Positions 35,396 to 48,534 of a stretch of 64,000 nt of DNA are shown here, piece after piece (the stretch's first letter is position 1; every line of letters begins with the position of its first letter). The stretch comes from Folioceros fuciformis (Eukaryota). Under the pieces are notes generated by a model. It was not told the origin of the DNA. It saw nothing but the letters and a program-made list of their open reading frames with translations, and made no database searches. The stretch covers positions 291,952 to 355,951 of the forward strand of contig JBNGIO010006150.1 of assembly GCA_049999805.1 (NCBI GenBank), given 5' to 3'. A program made the translations under genes and the position numbers.

Positions 35396-36200
35396 CCACA
35401 TTTTCCAGCACCTGAAAAATGATCTCATCACATTCCCCCTCCATAATAACGTGCTGCGCATCTTTGTACAACCGCAACGCCTTGACCTGGCTGCTGAGCT
35501 TCTCCGTCAGCGCCCAGAGATCGATCCGTTACCATGTCCGCCACCTAGTGCACCACGAGCAGTCTGAGGCAGACTCATCACATGCCAACGTCTTCTCTCC
35601 ATCCCCTTCGGATTTCTCGCAGCCCCAGCGCCCTCCGTAGGCGCGGGAAGATACTTGACCGACAACCCCTTGTCCCTGTACATCTCCCGCTTGTTCGGCT
35701 CCGTGAGTGCCCGCCACGCGAGATCCTTCTGCGGCACCAACTTCGCCTTGGGCAGCAAGACGAAAGGCAGCGTCAGCAGCTGCACCACAATCTACGGCGA
35801 GGTCTCCGCGGCAACCATCTCGCACACGGGCACCACCAGGACCGCGCCGTTTTAGGCCAGGCCTCCGGCTGCCCGAAGTGCGCCATGGCCCATGCTCTGC
35901 CCGAGCAGGAAGCATGGCAAGCCCTTCGCCCTCACCGCCCCGAAATGCTCCACCACGTCACCCACCATCGGGTCGAAGCTGGAAACATACCCGTGCCGCC
36001 CGGCACACAGCCCGAACTCAAGAAATCTATGCCAAACATGGCGCTATGTACCTTGCAATGCCCTGGGAGTAGAAGGTGCAACCGTCCCCGGACCCGTGGC
36101 AGAAACACAACACGCCCTTGGCCTTCCACCCATACCCGGGGTCGAGCCCTTGGTGCTGATGCTCACACGGAGGGAAATCTCCACAAGACCTTCCACCGTC
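35367..36200 (-). pseudogene. Monoacylglycerol lipase / caffeoyl shikimate esterase-like (Hydrolase_4) pseudogene
   Basis: FCHGSGDGCTFYSQGIARY, GRHGYVSSFDPMVGDVVEHF, FLLGQSMG, LLPKAKLVPQKDLA and LYKDAQHVIMEGECDEIIFQVL in shifting frames with stops. Confidence 0.85.
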
Positions 36201-37026
36201 CTTAGGGTTTAGCGTCAGGAATCCTACCCGAGAAGCGCAAATACCGCTGCTGCCCTGCCGCTCTCCTGTACGCTCTCCCGTTGCGCCCGAGTTAACAAGA
36301 GTCTTCGTGGACCCTTGAAGAGTGTGAATGACACAAACCCTAACCTCACTTTCCCAGGTTCTTTACAGGAACAAAGAGCAAAAGCGTAACTTCACTCTCA
36401 CAAAGCTCTGTCCCGAGACCGACTATGAACTCGAAGATATCACAACAGATTAACCACACTCTCAAGTTCTTTTCTAACCTACCGTGAATTCGAAAACATC
36501 CCGGACCAGAAACAACCCATCGGCACAGCATCCAAAGACAATCCCACCAGCCATGCCATCTTCGTGCTGGCTGTCGGATAGGCCAGGCCTACTCGGTCTA
36601 CTGTTCCTACCGTTTTAGGCTGCTGGAATCGTCGAGTTTGCACAAAAATCTCGGTGATGACTGTTCCTCTCGGAGTGAAACTGTAGGCCATGCCAGGAAT
36701 CATGGGACCGAGACAAGTACAAAATTAAAAACGGTCGTGGCTCCCAGCTTCGAGCATGCATCGTCCGAGACTGTAAGAAAACAGATTTATATTCAGATGG
36801 TAGGTCATTAGAGAACATACTCCCAGAGATGCAGGTAGTAGGAGAACAAAATAATGCAACGTGAGCGCCATGCAAGCACATTGAGAAACTATTAGAGCAA
36901 ATCCAGAGGGAACTTCTTCGTCGTTGCAGCTCGACCGCTGGTCTCTCGTACAGAAACTATGATGTACCTGCTCCGTCAAGAAGTAAAGCCGTGGGCTTAG
37001 AAATAAGTGGTGCAGTGCATATGACA

Positions 37027-38289
37027 TTAAAAATCTCCACCATTGTCGTAGTCGTTGTCGTCGTTATCTAGTGCCTCTTCTATCAACAAGCCACCAAGCA
37101 GACCTGCCCCCAATCCCAATCCAAGTCCAGCAACACCAGCTCCTAGCCCTCCAGATTTATTAGGCTTCTGAGGTTGTTGAGGGTAGGGGTAAGATGCAGC
37201 AGGGACACCAGCATATGGCGGGTAGCCTTGATACATCTGAGAATACCCTCCTTGCGGACCGGTCTGAGGCAGAGGATAGGCTCCGGGAGGAGCATAACCG
37301 TAGCCCGGAGGAAGGGGATAGCCCGTGGGAGGAAAGCCAGATGGAGAAGGAATATAGCCTGCTTGGGAAGGAGCATAGCCTGGTTGAGAAGGTGCATAGC
37401 CTGCTTGGGGAGGAGCATAGGCCGGAGACCAGGGAGGAATATCTGCTTGAGAAATAAAGGGTGGAGGTGGAGGCATGTAGCTTGCTTGGGGAGGAGCATA
37501 GCCTACTTGGGGAGGAGGATATCCTACTTGGGGAGGAGGATAGCCCTGTGGAGCGGGAGGATAACCTTGTGGATACCTTGCACCAGCAGGAGCAGGAGCA
37601 GAATATGGCTGTGGAAGCAAACCCTGAACGTAGAGTACAGCACCAGGGTAAGGCGCTAATGATGGCTCCTTCGTACCTTCTCCCTTGGCTTCCACCTTCT
37701 CCGTCTTCCCACCTGCAGCACCAGTCTCCTTCTCCAACTCAGGCTTCGCCGCTGCTATAAGCGAGGAAGACTCTACAGCAGCGGCAACTGTCGTCTCCAC
37801 CGGAGAGGCACCTGTCGTAGGTGGGAGAGCAACCTCAGGTGTAGCAGTCGCACTCGCCTCAATTTCACCCGACCCGCCACCCTTGGGGACCAATGAGATG
37901 GCCAGATTGACAACTCCCTGCGTCCTTCCAGACGGACGACGGAGCTGGTAAGCCAGGTACTGCGTACTTGTGGAGTCGTCCTTCCACTCCTTAGTCACCT
38001 CCGTGAGAGGGAAGTTGGCAGTTCCAAGGGAGACCTCCCCGAACACGCCGTTGTGGAACACTTCGATCCCGATGGTCACCCCAGGGTCATGGAGATGTTC
38101 TTCTTGCACCTTGACCTGGAGAGTCTCGTCCCACTTAGGATTCTTCCCGCCTTCCATACATGCTGTGCTACTCACTTTCTGATCTGGATATATCCAAACC
38201 ACCAGGTAAGGGCTCATCTTCCCTGCCCATTTCACCTGCTTCAGCTCCTCCGCTGATATAACTTTGATCTCCAGAATTCTTTCCCCCAT
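37027..38289 (-). CDS. C2-domain protein with Pro/Tyr/Gly-rich tail (SRC2-like), intronless
   Basis: ILEIKVISAEELK, GGKNPKWDE, YQLRRPSGRTQGVVNL; PPxGYP repeats; terminal GLGAGLLGGLLI. Confidence 0.92.
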   Translation of the reverse strand: MGERILEIKVISAEELKQVKWAGKMSPYLVVWIYPDQKVSSTACMEGGKNPKWDETLQVKVQEEHLHDPGVTIGIEVFHNGVFGEVSLGTANFPLTEVTKEWKDDSTSTQYLAYQLRRPSGRTQGVVNLAISLVPKGGGSGEIEASATATPEVALPPTTGASPVETTVAAAVESSSLIAAAKPELEKETGAAGGKTEKVEAKGEGTKEPSLAPYPGAVLYVQGLLPQPYSAPAPAGARYPQGYPPAPQGYPPPQVGYPPPQVGYAPPQASYMPPPPPFISQADIPPWSPAYAPPQAGYAPSQPGYAPSQAGYIPSPSGFPPTGYPLPPGYGYAPPGAYPLPQTGPQGGYSQMYQGYPPYAGVPAASYPYPQQPQKPNKSGGLGAGVAGLGLGLGAGLLGGLLIEEALDNDDNDYDNGGDF

Positions 38290-41176
38290 CGCAGCGACAA
38301 ATCTGCAATGTTAGCTTATCCTCCGAGATAATAAGAGACACCTCCAAGCTCGTAAGAGACGCGATCTTAGCTTATCCTGCAAAGCTCACAAGAATGGCCT
38401 GCAATCCTGGCTTATCCTCCAAGCTCACACGAAGAGCTGTCTTAGATTACACTGCAACGCTGAGGAGAGATGCAATGTCAGCGTATCCTCCAAGCTCACA
38501 AGTTAGAGAATCTTAACATATCAGAGGGACAAGAACAGAACACACAAGACAGAGCCTTGAGAGAGAACACTCCTCCTCGCGTTGTCAGGACCTACTATCA
38601 TGAACGATGTGCGACAAGGTACGAATAAAAAACCACGTAAATGGAGAGCGGATTCTGAACTGGTTCAGATTTGTTTCCACCGTGTGGGGACACGCGTACA
38701 AGGCATACCAGCAAGGCACGAGAGCGTGTGGGGTCGCGGTGAAAGGCCCACAGCTGTGTGGTGTAGGGCTCGGCATCTTAGTGGCAACCTACTACAAACT
38801 TCCGATTTCAAGCTGCAAACTACCAATCCCATTGCCGATATACTCCACCTCCACCCTGGTTGCCGAAAATCCTTCCCGAGCGCCTTTCGTTTCAAAAGGC
38901 AGGCACAGTCACACAATCTTGTTGTGCATATCTGGATCCCACTTTCCAGCACTAACGCCACTCTCGGCGCTGGCCACCACATTGGCTGCCGCCGCTAACT
39001 GCATCCGCCCTGTCAAGCTTCCTTCTTCTGCTGGATTTCCAAGCATATGCTCTTCCGACTGTATTCTGCATCGACACTCAAACAGTGCACATGGAACGTA
39101 GCTTGAATTACAGGCGGCACGTAGAAATAGGGCCTCCAGACTCACAGACTAGCATCTGTAGGAGTGATCGGCTTCCCTCCCATCTCCTTCCTCTCCTCCG
39201 GCTTTCTACCGATTTTCTCACTCTTCCTCACCACAGTATCGTCATTGATAACTCTGCAAGAAGGCGAGAAACAAGCCAAATTGAACGTTCTTCTTCAGCC
39301 TCCAGCAATTCGGGCTCGTACCGAGAGGAACCTCCTTCGGCCGAAACCTACTGAGCGGTATCTTTATTGGCTCGCGGAACAATCCTTTCTTCCGGCCCCT
39401 CGGCCCCTGAGTCTGAGCATCACCCGAATCCCGGAAGAATTGTACCTGCGCCGACTCCGAAATGAAGTCCTGTTCCAGCGGCACGCCGGCCTTGTTTGCC
39501 TCCATTGCAGTACCGTCCGTGGAACTCCCGCTCCGATGAGGGTGATCGAACATGGGAAGCTAGCTCTGTCGATGATGCAACCTTGAAATCCTGGAAGACT
39601 TATTGGACGATTGTGAAATTGCGCGCTGTCATCATATGAGGTGCAATCCAAAGACGCTCAGATTGCACTTGTTGAAGAGGTGCCCGATGACAGAAATGTG
39701 CGGAGAGTTGCTGGCCATCGAGCCGCAGCCTGTGCCTTGCGGCCAACACTGCTGCTTACACGGCAGTTCAAGATGACTGGCAGTTACCGTCTGGACACGA
39801 CAACATGTATCCAGAATTTTTAGGACAACGCCTTGCCCACCTGTTCGAAGGGCTATGGAATACGATGTGCACGAGTGCAAAAAACGCGGAACAAGTAGAT
39901 CCACCAGAACCACTGAAAGCATTTTTTGCACAAGCATTGGAAGCAAACGCAAAGTGAATCTTGGACAAGTCGAACAGAAACAACCCTTGTGGAAGAATTG
40001 GACGCCTTTCGGACACTATGAACATATTCCTTTACGTCCTATTTACATACATCTATCCCATCCCATAGCAAACACTTACGCTTATGGAAGATCTCTAGGC
40101 TCTCATCATGCATGTCACTTCCATTGCAAGAAGAAGAAGAAGAAGAATGCAAGGATGTTAGCCATCGCAGATCGCATGCTAAGGTGGAGTGAAAACGTCC
40201 AGCAGACCTTCAGCCATGTTCACATTGATGGACCAGAAGGAAAGAGATGCGTTTTTTGTTTGAAGTAGACACTTCCACGTCCCGCTACCTTCAGGGATGT
40301 AGATACAGGAGTTCCACGTCGTGCTACCTTCCCCTCGTCCGGCCGATCGGGGATTCCCGAACTGTTTCTTCTGCAATCTGTAGGTAGTCATTACTAAAGA
40401 TGGAGGTTGCCGCCCAGAAAAAAAGCGACGTCGTGTCGCAGTTACATTCTCCAACTCCCTTTCGACTCCCTATGAGGGTAACTTTACCAGAAACTTGTGA
40501 CAATTGAGGCTCCCGATTCCCGAGGCCGGCAGACTACGTGACATGTGTTCCACCAAGTCGATGAGGTATCACAGGTCCGACAGTGCCCACCCACGGTCCC
40601 CGACGTGGCCGAACCATATGGGCGACGCTGGTTGGCATGGTCCCGGCCATGGTCGCCCAAGCTCTTGCGCATGCAAGGTCCATGCATGTGAAGGAAGGCA
40701 CCTGTGGCAGAGTCGCCAGTCAAGATGCGACGCCTTTGAAAGGTGTCTTCCCCTGGCACTCTGTTTGCAGTCGGGAGGCCGCCGCTCCTGTCAGCGTAGA
40801 GCGCCTGGCTTGCGGATGCAACGCTGTCCGACACTTGGCAGGTTGCTTCATTCAAATCTGTGCCCTGCCTGCCTTGTCCATAGCATTCCTTCCACCCCTC
40901 CCCTGCATTTCGATCGTCTGCATCGATTCCTTTGCATTCTGGCGCGGGCAGTGCCTCCAAGCCTGCTGCAAATGGCCGCCCGGTCTTGGAGGACGAGTAC
41001 CAGGTCCTTCTGGCGGAGGAGATCCTGCTCATCCTTCCAAAACGTTTGCAGATCTGATCCATTGCTGTGCATCTTCTTGCAGCAGGAGTGAAGAGTGTAA
41101 TATCCGGTGGTGCGGTGGTCAAAAGCCGGAGCGAAACTTGCCGCAGCATGAATTCTCCCCTCTCCCAGGCGGGTCA

Positions 41177-41230
41177 AGAAAGAGCAGCTGCAAAAGAAAG
41201 AGCAGCTGCAAAAGAAAGAGCAGCTGCAAA
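41177..41230. repeat. 18-bp repeat x3 upstream of the MFS gene
   Basis: aagaaagagcagctgcaa. Confidence 0.9.
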
Positions 41231-41337
41231 GGAATAAGCGCATGAGAGTGTACAAAATCCCTCGGAGCAGCTGCCGCTGCTGTGCCAGAGTCGGCTTTGA
41301 AACAGCTGCAGGAAACTGAATGGTCTGATCTGTCAGT

Positions 41338-43239
41338 ATGGAGAGAGCGGACCGGTACCTGAGATTCGTGGCGGATTTGGTGAGGAACCGTTGGTTCATC
41401 TTGGTGGTGAGCATGTGGATTCAGGCTGTCTCCGGCGCGTCATATAATTTTAGCCTGTACTCCGGAGAGCTCAAGGATGGCATGGGATACGACCAGCAAA
41501 CACTGGACACTCTCGGCTGGTTCAAGGATTTGGGAGAGAGCGTGGGAATCATCTCTGGCGTGCTGTACGACCGCTTCCCGCCATGGGGCGTTCTAGTGAT
41601 CGGAGCCGCGCAAAATTTGTACGGCTACACCATGTTGTGGATGACCATGACCGGCCAGGTCGAGCAGCCTCCACTCTGGCAAATGTGCTGCTACATCTGC
41701 ATCGCTGCCAACGGGCAAACGTACCTCCACACCACGGCTGTGGTCACCTGCGTCAAAAACTTCCCGATGAACCGCGGCATTATGGTTGGGATGATGAAGG
41801 GATTCTCCGGCCTCAGCAGCGCCATCTTGACGCAACTGTGGCTGGCCATCTACGGGCAGGAGCAAAGCAGCTTCCTCCTCATGGTGTCCTGGCTCAGCAC
41901 CGTGCTTCCCGTGGCCGTTATGTTCGTCGTCAGACCTGTCGAAACGCAAAAGGAGGAGCCGGACGAAATCAAGAACCTCCTCCTCATCTCCGCCATCGCT
42001 CTCTCTCTCTCCGTCTTCCTTATGGCAGTGATCATGGTGGAGGATTCCGTCAGCGTTGGAACAACCTGGAACTCGCTAATTGTGTTCGTCATTCTGCTCA
42101 TGCTTCTCCTTCCTGTAGGTGTGGCCATCAAATCGCAGTACAAGGAAACTACTCTCTCTTACTCCTCACTCAAGACTCCTCTGCTGCCAGATCGCCTTCG
42201 CCGGAACGAGGACGAGGTCCTCAATCCCAAGCACCGATCCTCCTCCTTCTCCTCCAACTTGAAACCATTGCAGGCTGATCCGTCTTCAAATCCGCACATC
42301 CCTGAAAACGTCTTCTACGAATCGGAAGCAAGATCATCTTCGCCAGCCAACCCTGACATCAATCAAACAAAGCTTCTGGATCCGGACGAGCTCGCCCCGC
42401 CTTCCAAGCCCCGTCCGCAGCGAGGAGAGGATTTCAGCTTGCTGGAAGCCATCAGTGGAGGCGACTTCTGGCTCCTCATGCTTGCATCCAGCTTAGGGAT
42501 CGGGTCAGGGCTGACAGCCATCGACAATCTGAGCCAGGTTGGGACATCGCTAGGCTACTCCCAGTCCCGCGTGCACACATTCGTCTCACTCGTCTCAATC
42601 TGGAACTTCCTCGGCCGAGTAGGATCCGGGCTTCTGTCCGAACTAGCTCTGCAAAAGCGGGGGATTCCGCGGCCCGCCTTCCTCGTCCTCTGCCTGGCCA
42701 TGCTTGCTGCAGGCTACCTGGTTCTAGCCGGAGCCTTCTCCGGCAGCCTCTACCTTGGCTCCATCTCCATCGGGCTGAGCTACGGCGGTATCTGGGCCCT
42801 CATCCCGGCCTGCACGTCCGAGCTCTTCGGCCTGCGGAGCTTCGGCACGCTGCTCAACCTGGTGTCCATCAGCAACCCGATGAGCGCCTACCTCCTCTCC
42901 GTCCAGATCGCCGGCTGCCTCTACGATATCCAAGCCACCAAGCAGGCCAACCTCAACGGAACGCCGCTCACGGCACGAATGCACAAGCGCCTCTTCTCCC
43001 GGGTCCCCCGCCTTTTCGCCACCGATGCCTCCGACCAGATCGACTGCACCGGTCCCCTTTGCTTTCGCCTCACTTTCACCATCATGGCCGCCGTTTGCCT
43101 CGTCGGTGCTCTAGCTGCCACCGTGTTGTACAATCGCACCAAAAAATTCTACCGCTTCCACCTCCACCAACGCTACGTCAACCCGGCAGCCGCCACCTTT
43201 TCACAACCTCCTCGTCATATCAAGGTCGAAGAAGTTTAA
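41338..43239 (+). CDS. Nodulin-like / NFD4-like major facilitator superfamily transporter, intronless
   Basis: WIQAVSGASYNFSLYS, KDLGESVG, CVKNFPMNRG..KGFSGLSSAI, PQRGEDF, GSGLTAIDNLSQVG, SIWNFLGR, SELFGL; many transmembrane segments. Confidence 0.95.
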   Translation: MERADRYLRFVADLVRNRWFILVVSMWIQAVSGASYNFSLYSGELKDGMGYDQQTLDTLGWFKDLGESVGIISGVLYDRFPPWGVLVIGAAQNLYGYTMLWMTMTGQVEQPPLWQMCCYICIAANGQTYLHTTAVVTCVKNFPMNRGIMVGMMKGFSGLSSAILTQLWLAIYGQEQSSFLLMVSWLSTVLPVAVMFVVRPVETQKEEPDEIKNLLLISAIALSLSVFLMAVIMVEDSVSVGTTWNSLIVFVILLMLLLPVGVAIKSQYKETTLSYSSLKTPLLPDRLRRNEDEVLNPKHRSSSFSSNLKPLQADPSSNPHIPENVFYESEARSSSPANPDINQTKLLDPDELAPPSKPRPQRGEDFSLLEAISGGDFWLLMLASSLGIGSGLTAIDNLSQVGTSLGYSQSRVHTFVSLVSIWNFLGRVGSGLLSELALQKRGIPRPAFLVLCLAMLAAGYLVLAGAFSGSLYLGSISIGLSYGGIWALIPACTSELFGLRSFGTLLNLVSISNPMSAYLLSVQIAGCLYDIQATKQANLNGTPLTARMHKRLFSRVPRLFATDASDQIDCTGPLCFRLTFTIMAAVCLVGALAATVLYNRTKKFYRFHLHQRYVNPAAATFSQPPRHIKVEEV

Positions 43240-43299
43240 ATGTTAATTTCTTTGATGAAAAAAATAAATTAATTTGTTCTCTGCCACAATTTGTTCACA

Positions 43300-43965
43300 C
43301 CTGAACCTTTCATCTCTCCTCCTTCATGGGTTTATCCTTAGAGATTTTGCTCTCCTTAGGGATTTTGCTTTCGTCTCTCCGCCACATGGGTTTCTTCCTA
43401 GCAAGTGAGAGACCTTGCTTTCTTCTCGCCTCCTTCATGGGCCTTCATGGGTTTCTCCTTAGTAATTGAGAGACTTGCTTTCTTCTNNNNNNNNNNNNNN
43501 NNNNNNNNNNNNNNNNNNNNNNNNNNNNNNNNNNNNNNNNNNNNNNNNNNNNNNNNNNNNNNNNNNNNNNNNNNNNNNNNNNNNNNGAGACCTTGCTTTC
43601 ATCTCTCCTCCTTCATGTTTCTCCCTTGCAATCGATAGACCTTGCTTTCATCTCTCCTCCTTCATGTTTCTCCCTTGCAATCGAGAGACCTTGCTTTCAT
43701 CTCTCCTCCTTCATGTTTCTCCCTTGCAATCGAGAGACCTTGTTTTCTTCTCTCCTCCTTCGTGGTTTCCTCCCTTGCAATTGAGAGACCGTGCTTTCTT
43801 CTCTCCTCCTTCATGGGTTTCTCCCTTGCAATTGAGAAGCCTTCCTGTCTTCTCTTCTTCTTCATGGGTTTCTCCCTTGCAATTGAGAGACCTTGCTTTT
43901 TTCTCTCCTCCCTCATGGGTTTCTCCCTTGCTCCTCCTTCATGGGTTTCTCCTTTGCAATTGAAA
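43300..43965. repeat. ~43-bp satellite-like array containing a 100-N gap (43487-43586)
   Basis: Unit gagagaccttgctttcatctctcctccttcatgtttctcccttgcaatc and variants. Confidence 0.92.
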
Positions 43966-44677
43966 GACGAGTGTCTCCCTCGTTCTTCATCGTGTGGCTC
44001 CTCTCTCCGAAGAAGGAGATTACATTATTTAATTAAATAATCTATTATATTTATCAAACCATGTTGCAAAAAGATCAAATACCAACGCCTCACAATCATG
44101 GTTAGTGGAAACATGATGAGTCTAACCTTATTTTTAGAAAAATAATAATTAATGAAAAATATACTATATTTAGTAACTTCATCTATGTTAATCATTTATC
44201 TTTATCCCAAAAAATAAAATGTTAATTTTAGATGGCTTAGTAATACAATTGAAGCTATTTTTAGTAAAAAAAACCTGATTAAAGTAGAATAAGTGTTCTA
44301 TATATGCTTAATAATACTACAAGAAAAAATAAGAAAATCTCGATAAAAGAAAGGGAACATAATGTCTACTCACTATATATATGTCCTTGTGTAGTATGAA
44401 AGGTGTTTGTTTGAAACTATCCGGAGGGTGTACTAAGTATGCCCTCGGAAACCGGTTTAGGAAAGAGAAGGCCGGGCAGAGCAGGGTATTATTTTCCTGC
44501 ATGAAGATCTGAGGATGTCGCGACAAAAAGCATTCGCCATGGTTATGCCTCCCTCCCACACGACTCGACGATTGGACGAGATTCATGAGTTTTTTCGCTG
44601 ATGGAATTCGCTCCGCTGGACGGTATGTGTTTGCGTAGTCGCGGGTTTGCCGAAAGCCCCGAAGCCGGGTGAAGCGC

Positions 44678-47600
44678 ATGGAGCGAGTGCTGGTGGCTTC
44701 CAAGAGCACCAAGAAGGTGGAGGCGGGAGCAGAGATGGAGGTGGAGGAGACGAGTCCTTTCGTGTATACTACTCTGGCTCCACTTTTTGCTGAAGCCGAG
44801 GAGAATCTGCCCCGGTCCTTGCTCAAATTCTACGGGACTCCCGCGGGGAACCGGACTGCGGAGCCCGATGAGAGCTTCATCGGCCTTCAGGCCGAGGAGG
44901 AGCCAGAAACTGGAGGAGATGGGGCAGCAGATCAGCAGCATGCAGGTCACCGGGGGAGGAGTAATGGTGTGGACAGGGCGGATGAGGGTGATTCGTTTAT
45001 CTCCTTCGATGGGTATGGCAAGGAGGAGGATTTCCTGGCTGTAAGTGATGTTGAGCCGGACGTGAAGACGCCGGGAGCATCAGAGCCGCTGGCCAGGACG
45101 GCGAGCGGCATCAAGCGGCGGCATGTGGCTGAGGCGTTGAATAAGGATGCTTGTGTGCCTCCCCCGTGGGCGGCCAAGCTTGCGGGAGGGAATTGGATAC
45201 AAAGTCCGCTGCTGCAGCTCCACAAGGGTGTGTAAAATGGTTGCGTTGTTGTTGAGGTTGGAGGGGGAAGGAAGGATGAGGTTTTCGTGTGGATGCTGCA
45301 AGGTTTGCTGACTTGGAGGTTTTGTGTTTGAAGAGATTGTGGAGTTCTCGGAATTTGTTTCTCCTACGAAGGAAGAGCATTTGGAGCGCGTGACTGCTGT
45401 AGAGCGTGTTTCGGCAGCGGTGAAGTCGATATGGCCGTCCTGTGAGGTGGGGATGTCTATGTACTCTTGTAGGTTTTTTATTCCTGCTTGTTCATTGCTG
45501 ATGTGCTGGCAGCCATGTGTGTGTCGCGGTGTGTCTGAGACGATGTGTGATTGACTCCAGGTGCATGTGTTCGGGTCTTTCGCTACGGGCCTGTATCTTC
45601 CCACAAGTGATGTAGATGTAAGTAGGATTTTGTTTGTACGTAGTATATTTGTACTTGACTGTGCCGTTTGAAACCAGGTTTATCTTTTGTTGCTGACAGC
45701 TGTGCCTGGCAGGTTGTAGTTCTTAAGTCAGGTTGTCAAGTGCGCAAAGACGGGCTTAGAGCGCTTGCAAAGACCCTGTCAAGGAGGTCGTTGGTCAAGA
45801 AGCTTCAGGTTGGTGGATATGAAATTTGTTACTTCCTACCTGCGGTTGGCAGCGTATGATTCCATGGTGGTCCATTTAGATTGCCTGCTGTGCGAGCCCT
45901 CGTATCTTGCCTTCCCTTGGTTGTTGACGTGTCCGTCACCAGCTGATACTGGATTACATAGTCACATCCATCTTATTCTGTGGTCAGGTTATTGCAAATG
46001 CCCGCGTACCTATTGTGAAATTTGTGGAGAGCCAGAGCAACATCAACTTTGACATCAGGTTGCCTACACTATTCTATGTTTGGTTGACTGCAAAATCGAT
46101 GCAGGCTCTTTTGTATGATTGCAACTTTGGCTTGATTTAGAGTTCAGTTATGTGACCAGTGTTTTTCCCCTGTTGATGCAGTTTTGATGTTGCAAACGGC
46201 CCACAAGCTGCGAGCTTCATAAAGGTACCCCGTTTCTCACTCTATGTGCGCACTCCGTGGTGTTGTACTCCAGCTACCACCGCCGGGTTTCTAACACTGC
46301 ACCTCATATTGCTGTAACAGGAAGCCATGGAGCAGTTACCACCGCTGAAGCCTCTCTGTCTAGTGCTAAAGATCTTTCTTCAGCAAAGGGAGCTAAATGA
46401 GGTGTGCCGAGTTATACTCTGGTTGTGTCCTTGACAGCTTGACGGTTGTGGTTATCTCTGGTTTGCTATCGAGTCACATGAATTCGAATGTTCTAAGCTC
46501 TCTCTGATGTTCAGGTGTACTCTGGCGGAATTGGATCATATGCTCTTTTAGTCATGCTGCTTACTCATCTGCAGGTAATTACATTCCGGGTTTGGTCCAT
46601 GTGATTCGTTCTATGTTCCATGCCAAGTGTTTAAATTCCGCATCTTAGATTTCCGAGTGTGAGGTCTATGTCTTCTCTTGAACGAAGTGCAGTTTCCTTC
46701 ACGGTGCCTCCCCTAAACCATGTGTAATTGACCTTTGCTGTCAGACGCATCCGAGTCGTTGGCAGAAGAGAGCTGATGTTACGTCCGGTCCTTTGGTGGA
46801 GGAGAATCTCGGCATGTTGTTGGTACGAATGAACAGAACCTCTCGTCTATTTGCCGAGGTTTGTGAAGGTTTCAATAACCTCGTTTCTATCCACGCAGGT
46901 TGATTTCTTTGAGCTTTATGGCCGTATTCTGAACGCCAGAGAAGTAGGTGTCTCTTGCAGAAATGGTGGTGGCTTCTATTCAAAAAAGTCAAGAGGGTAA
47001 GTTTTTGTTTTCTGATGACCAAGACAACGAAGTAACCTCATGTTCCTGCATGCACATCTAGTAGTAGATTTGGGGGAAGGTGGGTTAATTTGTCTAGACG
47101 CTGTCAGATGAAATCGAATTGTAATATTCTCTGGATGGGCAGATTTACCGACGTGAAGAGACCTTACTTATTGTCTGTGGAGGATCCTCAGGTATCCTGG
47201 TTGTGCGAAGTCTGTCACCGTTTTATGCAGATAGTTTGTTGATTCTTTTCTTTCATCATGTTGTGTGGTAATAACAGCTGTTCTTTGTTCACCAGACTCC
47301 AGAGAACGACATTGGAAAGAACTCGTATGCCATTCAAAAGGTTTGTATCTTGCACAAACAAGAAAGCTTGATATCCAAGTGTTCCCCTATGCAGTTATGG
47401 TATGAAGCTTGCTTGCTGAATTTCGTTCTTGCTATGCAGGTGCAGTCAGCATTTGCTCTTGCACATCAGCTCCTGACAACACTTGATGATGTTGATGAGG
47501 CTATTGAGACAACAGTCAATGTCGGCATTCTGGGACGAATTGTCCGAATGGACAAGAAGCTGGTTAGCCGCAAGTCTCTTGGGTTTCCGTATGTATCATC

Positions 47601-48534
47601 TCCGGCAGTCGCATGGCCAATATACACACCTGGAACGGGGCAGTATTTGGCGGACAGTGATAGTGATGATTTCCAGCCACGAAGTCGGAAGCGAAGCCGC
47701 CGCTGTCCTCCTGATGAGGAGCCCTTTCCTCGAGGACACGGTGGCAATGGTAGAAGTCCTGAGACACCTGTGTCAAGCAACGGGCGTGGTACTTGTAGAG
47801 ATCTTGAAACACCTGGATCAAGTAACAGGCGTGGTGATAGTAGAGATCTTGAAACACCTGGGCCAAGCAAGAGGAGACGGAAAAATGGATATTTCAATAC
47901 CAGCCCGAGTGCTTTGCCCACAAAGCAGAACAAGTCATCTAATCTTGGTGGTGGGAATGATGGACTACCCTTGGTGCCACTAGGAGGTGGGAATGATGGA
48001 ACGCCTGAGCTGTCGAAACGTCTGTCTCGAAAAAAGAGACTCAGGGCAGCTCTAGAGAAGAAGCTGGGGCGTGTCGTCAGTAAGCGGGAATGGAAAATTT
48101 ATTATGCGGAAGAAGTCAAAGGAAAGGCACCAACCAACTCCCCGGGTGATGGAAATTCGCGAAAGCGGAAACGGTCGTCAAACAGCGGGGAACATATTAA
48201 GGATGAAGATCACGGTAAGGGTCAAACTTCGCTTCATAGTAGGAAAGATGATGGGGGATCATTGTTGCACATGAAAAGCAGCAGTAAACAGTTCAACGAG
48301 CATGGCAAGCGCCAATGGGATGGTTCACACAGTGGAAGTAGGCATTCAGGTCTTGCCCGTCACGTTGCAAGCAATCCCTCCACGGAGAGGGCCACGCAAG
48401 GAAGTAGATATCCCCGGGTGAGAGGTGGTGCAACACGTTCAAAGGGAGAACATAGCGAGCCGTATGTGCAACAGGGCACTGAACGGAGAGTAGTACAGTA
48501 TACACCTGGTCACAAGAAGATCAAGTTCTTGTAG
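44678..48534 (+). CDS. TRL: TRF4/5-like (PAPD5/TENT4) non-canonical poly(A) polymerase, multi-exon
   Basis: Exonic motifs SPLLQLHK, VHVFGSFATGLYLPTSDVD, ARVPIVKF, ELNEVYSGGIGSYAL, EDPQ|TPENDIGKNSY; many short GT-AG introns; basic low-complexity last exon; start codon uncertain (44678 or 44734). Confidence 0.9.

Noticed and set aside
38582-41300. Overlapping 100-220-aa ORFs on both strands
   Set aside because: No coherent domain or splice model; may be a decayed gene but this is unsupported.
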